From positions 5,699 through 69,698 of the forward strand of contig JANYBS010000026.1 in NCBI GenBank assembly GCA_025360715.1: 64,000 nucleotides of DNA. The letters are read 5' to 3'. The notes under the pieces are model-generated. The model was not told the origin of the DNA. It searched no databases and saw only the letters and a list, made by a program, of their open reading frames with translations. This DNA comes from Candidatus Eiseniibacteriota bacterium. Lineage in GTDB: Bacteria; Eisenbacteria; RBG-16-71-46. The translations under genes and the position numbers were made by a program. Shown here piece after piece: positions 57,312-64,000 of the stretch. Position 1 is the first letter of the stretch. Every line of letters begins with the position of its first letter.

Positions 57312-57340
57312 AGCATACGGCGCGAGCGCTGGGGCGTCAA
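57312..57340 (-). promoter_or_regulatory. sigma70 promoter of the rib operon
   Basis: TTGACG-17 nt-TATGCT just upstream of the riboswitch. Confidence 0.8.
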
Positions 57341-57377
57341 AAATGACGCGGCGAGGGGCCCGGTGGCCCCCCGCCGC
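57339..57377 (-). terminator. Intrinsic terminator of the small upstream transcript
   Basis: 13-bp stem GCGGCGGGGGGCC/GGCCCCUCGCCGC (one G-U pair, which only works on the minus strand), ACCG loop, then GUCAUUUUU. Confidence 0.75.
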
Positions 57378-57427
57378 TTTCGGTGCGCTGCTGGGATTCG
57401 CGAGGCGACCCAGCGGTGCTGGTCCGC

Positions 57428-57475
57428 CTAGCGGACAGCCACCTCCGCGATCCTCATCATGATGGTACTAGACAA
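57428..57475 (-). CDS. Putative 15-aa small ORF MSSTIMMRIAEVAVR (TTG start)
   Basis: Perfect SD AAAGGAGGTG 5 nt upstream of TTG; own promoter and terminator; below the ORF-track length cutoff. Confidence 0.55.
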   Translation of the reverse strand: MSSTIMMRIAEVAVR

Positions 57476-57503
57476 TGGACCACCTCCTTTCTTGCGTTCG
57501 ATC

Positions 57504-57533
57504 AGCATAGGAGTGGCCAGAAAGACGAGTCAA
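57504..57533 (-). promoter_or_regulatory. sigma70 promoter of the small transcript
   Basis: TTGACT-18 nt-TATGCT with an upstream A6 tract (UP-element-like). Confidence 0.72.
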
Positions 57534-57583
57534 CGGGGTTTTTTGGCGCCGCTCGGGCCGCGGGCCCCCAGCGTACGGAACGC

Positions 57584-58180
57584 TCAATAGTGGATCGCGA
57601 AGCGCGCCGTCCAGACCGACCAGGTGCCCTGCGTGACCGGCACGATGCGGGTGCCCAGTTCGATGCCGACGCCCACCACGCTGTTGATCCGCGGCCCCAG
57701 CGTGAGGTCGGCCGCGAACTCCGGCTTGGCCTCGCTCACGGTGAGGTCGCCAAACGCCGCGCCGCCGCCGGCCACGCTGAGGTCCGCATGCGGCAGAGCC
57801 AGGCCGGGGCCGAAGGCAAGGTGCGTGAACGGGCCCTTCTTCGGCTGGTAGCTGGCCATGAGCGCCACGTCGAACATGGCGTAGTCGAGCCCGGCGTTCA
57901 CGCTGCCGCGCCTGGTCTGGCTCGAGCCGAGCAGGTTGAACGCGATCGTGGGGCCCAGGCGCCACTGGGCATTGAGCGGATAGTCGATGCCCGCGGCCAC
58001 GGAGATCGAGCCCGCGGGTGCGAGCGAGTCCGATACCAGTTTCGCATAGCCGAACGCCACGTGGCCGTGCCACGCGTCGAGCTTCATGTAGGCATCCGCC
58101 GGCCGCGCCATGCCGAGGACGGCGAGTGTCGCGAGCAGCACGGCGAGCAAGGCGGCCGGGGCGGAACGGACTCGGATCAT
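57584..58180 (-). CDS. Exported outer-membrane beta-barrel protein (small OMP-like)
   Basis: Signal peptide ending ADA, alternating amphipathic strands, terminal ARFAIHY (BAM beta-signal-like aromatic end); SD GGAG upstream of ATG 58180. Confidence 0.7.
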   Translation of the reverse strand: MIRVRSAPAALLAVLLATLAVLGMARPADAYMKLDAWHGHVAFGYAKLVSDSLAPAGSISVAAGIDYPLNAQWRLGPTIAFNLLGSSQTRRGSVNAGLDYAMFDVALMASYQPKKGPFTHLAFGPGLALPHADLSVAGGGAAFGDLTVSEAKPEFAADLTLGPRINSVVGVGIELGTRIVPVTQGTWSVWTARFAIHY

Positions 58181-58350
58181 GCGGTTCTCCGGATGGGCGG
58201 GGCTGCGGACGCTTACGTGGCGGGGAATCGCCGCCTCGCAGGGCCATACACCGTGCGAGGCCCCGCAGTGCCGCCATAACAGCGCCGGCGGCGGATACGA
58301 GACCGCCCGCGGAGCGAAGCCCCACGGGCGGAGGAACTCTCTTGCGCGCC

Positions 58351-58380
58351 ATTCTATTGGCGCGCCGCGCACAGCGTCAA
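58351..58380 (-). promoter_or_regulatory. sigma70 promoter upstream of the OMP gene
   Basis: TTGACG-18 nt-TAGAAT; -10 flanked by inverted repeat GCGCGCCA/TGGCGCGC. Confidence 0.72.
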
Positions 58381-58634
58381 TCGCGGCTCTGGCCACTTTC
58401 CTTGTAAGCGGAGTTGAGCGCATTCGTGAGCTTCTCGCTCAGATGGACGGGAACGCTCACGTTCTCCTTCGCCTGGTAAAGGTGGATCGTGTGCTGGATC
58501 GAATCCACTTCGAGCTGGCAATGCGAACAGTTCGCGAGGTGGCCGTCGATCGCGGTCCTCAGCTCGCTCCGGGCGTCGTCGTCGAGGTACTCCCAGAGCT
58601 GGTCGAGCACTTCCTGACAGGACAGGCGCTTCAC
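58377..58634 (-). CDS. Small soluble zf-HC2 (RsrA-like) anti-sigma factor
   Basis: LSCQEVLDQLWEYLDD...HLANCSHC...VPVHL, the classical ZAS pattern; start re-set to GTG 58634. Confidence 0.85.
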   Translation of the reverse strand: MKRLSCQEVLDQLWEYLDDDARSELRTAIDGHLANCSHCQLEVDSIQHTIHLYQAKENVSVPVHLSEKLTNALNSAYKESGQSRD

Positions 58635-58922
58635 AAGGAAGTGCTCCAAGCGGCGGCTTGCCGGTGGAAGGACGCGTTCCGCATGTTCTTCTCCCCTGAG
58701 ACGAGTGTGGCGCCGGGCATTCGCCCGGGCCGGCAGGACGGCCCTCCCACTGCGCGCTTGGATGCGCGAAGGGGCGTGCGGTTGTAGCCGATTTCGCGGG
58801 GAGCCTGTGGGGGCGGACCCTCGCCCCTCCAGCATCGCCCGGTTGCCTCCGGAACTCAAGTCCGCAGCAGAGGAAAAACGGGCGAAGGCAGACGCGGAAG
58901 GCACTGGAGCAATGCAGCAAGA

Positions 58923-58998
58923 TGGTGACCCGTGCTGGGATCGAACCAGCGACACCCTGATTAAAAGTCAGGTGCTCTACCGACTGAGCTAACGGGTC
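58923..58998 (-). tRNA. tRNA-Lys (anticodon TTT)
   Basis: 76 nt: acceptor GACCCGT/ACGGGTC, D-arm AGCTCAGTCGGTAGAGC, anticodon arm CCTGA-CTTTTAA-TCAGG, T-arm GGTTCGATCC, encoded CCA. Confidence 0.98.
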
Positions 58999-59094
58999 CC
59001 CGAAAGGCTCTTGAATACACTGATTACACGCTCGCGGGGCCCACGTCCAGCGCCCCGGGCCGGAGGGCCGGACTCGTCCAGGCCCTGAATTCGC

Positions 59095-59126
59095 CACGCG
59101 GCCCCGCGTCGCCGCGGAGCCGCGTG
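59095..59126. terminator. GC-rich hairpin after the RND permease (possible terminator)
   Basis: CACGCGGC-C-CCGCG-TCGC-CGCGG-A-GCCGCGTG; no clear U tract. Confidence 0.4.
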
Positions 59127-59151
59127 ATCGTTCTGTGACTGGCGGGCTGGC

Positions 59152-62100
59152 TTACGCCGGCGTCGCCTCGCCTGCCGGGGCCAGATCGTCCTCGCGCAGC
59201 GGGGCGGTCTCCTCGGCGGTGTGGGTCTTGGCGACGACCGTGTAGATGGCCGGCAGCACGAAGAGCGTGAACACGGTGCCGATCACCATGCCGGTCACCA
59301 GCACCATACCGATGCTGTTTCGCGCGCCGGCGCCAGGGCCGTGCGCGAAGATGAGCGGCAAGTGGCCGAACACCGTCGCGGCGGTGGTCATGAGGATCGG
59401 GCGAAGGCGTGTGCCCGCGGCCTCGATCACGGCGGCCGCCTTGTCCCTGCCCTGCTGCTGAAGGTGGTTGGCGAACTCCACGATCAGGATGCCGTTCTTG
59501 GCCACCAGACCGATCAGCGTGATGAGACCCACCTGACTGTAGATATTGATCGACGTGAGCCCAAGGAACGAGAACAGCAGCGCGCCGGCGACCGCGAGCG
59601 GCGCGGAGCCGACCAAGATCACGAATGGATCGCGGAAGCTCTCGAACTGCGCCGCGAGCACCAGGAAGATCAGGATGATCGAGAGCAGGAAGACTCCGAG
59701 AAAACCCCCGCCTTCGGTGCGTAGCTGCCGCGACTCACCCGCGTAGTCGAGCGAGTACCCACGCGGCATGATCTTCTTCGCTTCGGTCTCGAGGAAGCCC
59801 AGCGCCTGATCGAGCGGCACACCGGGCGGGATCACCGCCTGGATACGCACGGCATTCAGCTGCTGGAAGCGCTTGAGCTCGCGCGGCTGCGTGGACGTCG
59901 TGATGGTCGCGAACGTGGACAACGGCACCAGCTTGCCATTGGGCCCGGTCACATAGATGTCCTGCAGCTGCTCCGCATTGAGTCGCTCGGAACGCTTGAT
60001 CTGCGGGATCACCTTGTAGCTGCGGCCCTGGATGCTGAACCGGTTCACGTAGTTACCGCCCAGGCTCGTGGCGAGGTCGCGGCCCACCTGGCTCATGTCG
60101 AGCCCGAGCGAGCGTACCTTGTCGCGATCGAAGACCACTTCCGCCTGTGGCTGGTCGAACTTCAGGTCCGGATCGACGTACATGAACATGCCGCTCGCGT
60201 ACGCCTTGCCCACGAGCTGGTTCGCGATTCCCGCAAGTTCCTGCGGCTCGGCCGTGGAGGCGATCACGAGGTCAACTGGGAAGTTGCCGCCGCCCGGAAG
60301 CGCCGGCGGCGTGAGCGAGATCGCGCGGATGCCAGGGATCTGCGAGAAGCCGCCCGAGACCATCTGCGAGAGCTGCTGCGTGCTGCGCTTCCGCTCGTTC
60401 CAAGGCTTGGTCACCATGCCGGCAAAGCCACCGCCCGGCGACGTGATCTGGAAGATGTTCTTGGTCTCGGGGAACGAGTGATATGTGTCGTAGATGCTCT
60501 TGGCGAACATCTTGGTCTGGTCGAGCGTCGCATTCGGCGCCGCCTGGACGATGCCGAAGACGATGCTCTGGTCTTCCTGCGGTGCGAGTTCCTTCTGCGA
60601 GAACATGTAAAAAGGAATCGTAAGCAGCACCACGATCACCCAGAGCGTGAGCACGACCGCGCGGTTCTGCAGCGTGGCAGTAAGACGGCCCTGATACCAC
60701 ACGCGGAAACGGTCGAAGTCGCGATTGATGCGGCCGGCGAAGCCCTTCTCGTTGTCGCCCGCGCGCAGCAGACGCGAGGCAAGCATCGGCGACAGCGTGA
60801 GCGCGACCACGCCCGAGATCAGCACAGCGCCGGCGAGCGTGAAGGCGAACTCGCGGAAGAGCGTGCCCGTGAGGCCACCCTGCAGACCGATCGGCGTGTA
60901 CACCGCGGCGAGCGTGATGGTCATGGCGATGATCGGGCCGACCAGCTCGCGCGCCGCGTGCAGCGCGGCTTGGAACGGCGTCTCCCCTTCATGCACGTGG
61001 CGTTCGATGTTCTCGACCATGACGATGGCGTCGTCGACGACGAGACCTACCGACAGCACGATCGCGAGCAGCGTGAGCAGATTGATCGTGAAGCCCGACA
61101 CCTGCATGAGGAATACGGCGCCGATGAGCGAGATGGGGATCGCGATCACCGGGATGATCAGTCCGCGCACCGATCCCAGGAACAGGAAGATCACAACGAC
61201 GACGATGAGCAGAGTCTCCGTTAGCGTCTTGAGCACTTCCTGGATGGCGTCCTGGATATAGACCGTGGAGTCATACGGAATGCCCGCCTTCATGCCGACC
61301 GGCAACTGCGCCTGGATATCCTTCACCGCGACGCGGACGTTCTTGATCACGTCGAGCGAGTTCGCCGTCGGCAGCACCCAGATGCCCATGAACGTGGCGG
61401 ACTCACCGTTGAACTTGACCTCGGAGTCGTAATCCTCGGCGCCCAGCACGACGTCGGCCACATCGCCCAGCCGCACGATATCGCTGCCGTTCTGCCGCAC
61501 GACCAGGTTGCGGAACTCCTCGGGCGTCTTGAGATCGGTGTTGGCCACCAGGTTCACCGAGGTCATGGTGCCCTTGGTACGGCCCAGGGCGCTGAGGTAG
61601 TTGTTGCCCGAGAGCGCCGTCCACACTTGCGACGACGAGAGTCCGTGCGCCGCCAGTTCGGTGGGTTTGAGCCACACGCGCATCGCGAATGTGCGGCCGC
61701 CCAGGATGTCGGCGCGCTGCACGCCGCTGATGGCGCTCAGCTTGGGCTGCACCACACGCGTGAGATAGTCGCTGATCTGGTTCTGGTCCAGATCGGCCGA
61801 TGAGAAGCCCAGGTACATGGCGGCGAACTGTGCGTCGCTCGTCTGCACCTGGATGATCGGCGCCTGCGCCTCGGGCGGCAGGTCGTTGCGGACCTGCGCG
61901 ACCTTGGACTGGATCTGCGTGAGCGCGGCATTGGTATCGTAGTTGAGCTTGAGGTGCACGGTGATCGTGCTCACGCTCTGCGCGCTCGAGGATTCCACGT
62001 AATCGATGCCATCGGCGCTGGCGATCACACGCTCGAGCGGCGACGTGATGAAGCCGCGCACCAGGTCGGCGTTGGCGCCAACGTAAACAGTGCTCACGGT

Positions 62101-62235
62101 GACGACCGCGCTATCACTGCGCGGGTACTGGCGAACGGTGAGCGAGCGGATCGACTGGAGGCCGGCGATCAGGATGATCAAGTTGACGACGATCGCGAGG
62201 ACCGGCCTGCGGATGAAGAGGTCGGTGAACTTCAT
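59152..62235 (-). CDS. RND efflux permease (AcrB/MexI/MexW-like)
   Basis: FIRRPVLA, GLVVDDAIVMVEN, AQFESFRDP, KNGILIVEFA, RLRPILMT; 1027 aa. Confidence 0.97.
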   Translation of the reverse strand: MKFTDLFIRRPVLAIVVNLIILIAGLQSIRSLTVRQYPRSDSAVVTVSTVYVGANADLVRGFITSPLERVIASADGIDYVESSSAQSVSTITVHLKLNYDTNAALTQIQSKVAQVRNDLPPEAQAPIIQVQTSDAQFAAMYLGFSSADLDQNQISDYLTRVVQPKLSAISGVQRADILGGRTFAMRVWLKPTELAAHGLSSSQVWTALSGNNYLSALGRTKGTMTSVNLVANTDLKTPEEFRNLVVRQNGSDIVRLGDVADVVLGAEDYDSEVKFNGESATFMGIWVLPTANSLDVIKNVRVAVKDIQAQLPVGMKAGIPYDSTVYIQDAIQEVLKTLTETLLIVVVVIFLFLGSVRGLIIPVIAIPISLIGAVFLMQVSGFTINLLTLLAIVLSVGLVVDDAIVMVENIERHVHEGETPFQAALHAARELVGPIIAMTITLAAVYTPIGLQGGLTGTLFREFAFTLAGAVLISGVVALTLSPMLASRLLRAGDNEKGFAGRINRDFDRFRVWYQGRLTATLQNRAVVLTLWVIVVLLTIPFYMFSQKELAPQEDQSIVFGIVQAAPNATLDQTKMFAKSIYDTYHSFPETKNIFQITSPGGGFAGMVTKPWNERKRSTQQLSQMVSGGFSQIPGIRAISLTPPALPGGGNFPVDLVIASTAEPQELAGIANQLVGKAYASGMFMYVDPDLKFDQPQAEVVFDRDKVRSLGLDMSQVGRDLATSLGGNYVNRFSIQGRSYKVIPQIKRSERLNAEQLQDIYVTGPNGKLVPLSTFATITTSTQPRELKRFQQLNAVRIQAVIPPGVPLDQALGFLETEAKKIMPRGYSLDYAGESRQLRTEGGGFLGVFLLSIILIFLVLAAQFESFRDPFVILVGSAPLAVAGALLFSFLGLTSINIYSQVGLITLIGLVAKNGILIVEFANHLQQQGRDKAAAVIEAAGTRLRPILMTTAATVFGHLPLIFAHGPGAGARNSIGMVLVTGMVIGTVFTLFVLPAIYTVVAKTHTAEETAPLREDDLAPAGEATPA

Positions 62236-63362
62236 CAGCTGTCTTCCGGCTTGGGCGCTGCGCTGTTGCCCGGCTGCACCTTGTTGTTGACGACGACCGC
62301 GGCCGCCGGACGCAGCTTGAACACGCCGGAGGAAACCACTTCCTCGCCTGCCTTTACTCCCGAGATCACCGCGACTTGATCACCCTGCGCGGCGCCGAGC
62401 TTCACGAACTGCTGGCGCACACCCAGGTATTCCTTGCCATCGGGGCCCTTCATCTTCTCGACGATGAACACGCTGTTGCCGTAGGGCGCGTACGAGATCG
62501 CCGAGACCGGCACCGCGACCAGCGGCTCATGCATGCCCGTGGTGACCGACACCGTCACGTACGAGCCTGCGCGCAGACGGCCACGCGTGTTCAAGAAGGT
62601 CGCCTGCACCTTCACATTGCGAGTGGCCTCATCGACCACCGGATCGATCGCCGTCACGCGGCCCACCGCGATCGCCGCTTCGCCGGAGTCGGCGGCGGCG
62701 CGGACCGTGGCGCCCACGCGGATCTGCCCCACCTGCTGCTGCGGGACGCTGAAGTTCACGTAGATGGGGTCCTCGGACTGCAGCGGCACCATGGCATCGC
62801 CGCTGCGCACGTACTGGCCCACGTTCACCATGCGGATGCCGGCCACGCCCGAGAACGGCGCGCGAATCGTCTTGCGATCGATGGCCGCCCTGACCTCGTT
62901 CACGACCGCGTCCGCCTGCTTGGAGAGCGCATCGGCCTGGTCGTACTCGGCCTGCGGGATGAGCTGCTGCTCGAAGATCTTCTTCGAACGCGCGAGCGCG
63001 GTGCGGGCCAGATCAGCCTGCGCCTCGACGGAGGCGAGCTGTGCGCGCTCCTGACGAGTGTCGAGCGCGATCAGCACCTGCCCCGCCCTCACGCGTGCGC
63101 CCGACTCGAAGTCGACCGCCGAGACGACGCCCGGCTGGTCTGCGCTGAGCGTGACGCCCTGGACCGGCGCGACGCTGCCGACGGCCTGGGCCGTCGCTGC
63201 CCACGTCTGCGGCTTGGCGACGACGGTGGTCACGGCCTCGGGCGGCATCTTGAACGACTTGCCAGCGGCCATCGCGGCCTGGATCTGCTGGAACTTCACG
63301 AAGCCGAGGGCGGCCACGACCACAAGGACCACCGCCAGCATCTGGATCATTCGCTTTGGCAT
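62235..63362 (-). CDS. RND periplasmic adaptor (MexH/MexV-like membrane fusion protein)
   Basis: N-terminal anchor, lipoyl halves GVVSAVDFESG / IRAPFSG, GEEVVSSGVFKL. Confidence 0.95.
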   Translation of the reverse strand: MPKRMIQMLAVVLVVVAALGFVKFQQIQAAMAAGKSFKMPPEAVTTVVAKPQTWAATAQAVGSVAPVQGVTLSADQPGVVSAVDFESGARVRAGQVLIALDTRQERAQLASVEAQADLARTALARSKKIFEQQLIPQAEYDQADALSKQADAVVNEVRAAIDRKTIRAPFSGVAGIRMVNVGQYVRSGDAMVPLQSEDPIYVNFSVPQQQVGQIRVGATVRAAADSGEAAIAVGRVTAIDPVVDEATRNVKVQATFLNTRGRLRAGSYVTVSVTTGMHEPLVAVPVSAISYAPYGNSVFIVEKMKGPDGKEYLGVRQQFVKLGAAQGDQVAVISGVKAGEEVVSSGVFKLRPAAAVVVNNKVQPGNSAAPKPEDS

Positions 63363-63756
63363 GTGAGGAGGACTCCTGAGTCACCAAGGGGACCGACGGC
63401 GATTCCTGCCGCGGAGATGTCCGCGGGGGATCGGATGCGCTGTTCCCGGCTGGGGCGCGCCCGTCACTGTCCAAGCCCCCGCGTGTGCGGAGGTGCTTCG
63501 TGGGATGCCTTGGCATCCAACGGGATTCGCCGCTTCCGTGAACCGGATGCGGCGACAAGCGAAGAGGAGCTGGACAGCTCGCCGGAGCCTATCACGCCGA
63601 GGCCCGAGCGCGTGAGGCGGGACGAACCGTGTCATGACACGGATTGCCACGACGGTCGTTCACAGAGCCGCGTTCGTCCGAGAGGCTTGTTACATCATCC
63701 CGCGCAGCAGCGCGCAGGGGGCACGCGCCGGGTGGCCGGAACGGTCACGGCTTGAG

Positions 63757-64000
63757 TCAGCGTATGACCAGGACGCGCTGCGTGAACGAGTGCCCATCGG
63801 CGAGCATGCGCGCGAAATACAGCCCCGGCTGCAGGCCCGTGCCGCCGCTGATCGTCATCGCATGCCGCCCGGCGCCGTACACGCCGTCGGCGAGCACCAG
63901 CGCTTCGCGTCCCTGCACGTCGACGAGCGCCAGGTGCACGTGCGACTCACGCGGCACATCGAAGCGCATCTGCGCCGACATACGCATCGGGTTCGGCGAA
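63757..64000 (-). CDS. C-terminal FlgD-Ig/T9SS-like sorting domain of a secreted protein (5' part outside window)
   Basis: Frame open to the window edge: SPNPMR...LVDVQGREAL...GLQPGLYFAR...RVLVIR-stop. Confidence 0.8.
   Translation of the reverse strand, partial: SPNPMRMSAQMRFDVPRESHVHLALVDVQGREALVLADGVYGAGRHAMTISGGTGLQPGLYFARMLADGHSFTQRVLVIR

Noticed and set aside
57476-57492. Possible 16S rRNA gene remnant on the + strand (TGGACCACCTCCTTTCT)
   Set aside because: No helix 44/45 sequence (e.g. AAGTCGTAACAAGGTA) precedes it; promoter, ORF and terminator polarity all point to a minus-strand SD-like role.
57468-58352. 294-aa minus-strand ORF starting inside the TAGAAT box
   Set aside because: Out-of-frame overlap with the beta-barrel gene, low-complexity Arg/Gly/Pro sequence, no SD.
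58923-58998. tRNA-Lys as integration site of a genomic island
   Set aside because: No integrase and no duplicated tRNA 3' end noticed in the window.
63381-63650. 89-aa ORF upstream of the RND adaptor
   Set aside because: No recognisable domain or SD; composition resembles translated non-coding GC-rich DNA.

Overview
High-GC bacterial window in which every credible gene lies on the minus strand. The FlgD-Ig/T9SS-like C-terminal domains suggest an FCB-affiliated lineage such as Ca. Eisenbacteria (inference). In transcription order (high to low coordinates): 3' end of a secreted CTD protein; RND efflux pair; tRNA-Lys(TTT); orphan zinc-binding anti-sigma protein; outer-membrane beta-barrel gene with a long structured leader; a small stand-alone transcription unit with a 15-codon ORF; an FMN-riboswitch-led ribD-ribE-ribBA-ribH-nusB operon running without gaps into a ~35 kb surface-glycosylation locus (GT4/GT2s, four GT-C-type membrane proteins, HddA/HddC, Wzx, AsnB, PorZ-like propeller) interrupted by a CHAT protease/ECF sigma/anti-sigma triad; and the dcw cluster (mraZ to ftsZ), which carries an inserted STAS gene and lacks murB/ddl. 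Best novelty candidates: (1) the 57.34-57.53 kb mini-transcript whose ORF is bracketed by two Shine-Dalgarno motifs, one complementary to 17 nt of the consensus 16S rRNA 3' end; (2) the exported-CHAT/ECF/anti-sigma proteolytic signalling module; (3) the STAS protein lacking the phospho-Ser, wedged between mraZ and rsmH; (4) the GT-C-rich glycosylation locus containing a PorZ-like protein. Product names come from motif recognition by eye, not database searches. Many start codons were re-chosen from the ORF track using gene overlaps and family N-termini.
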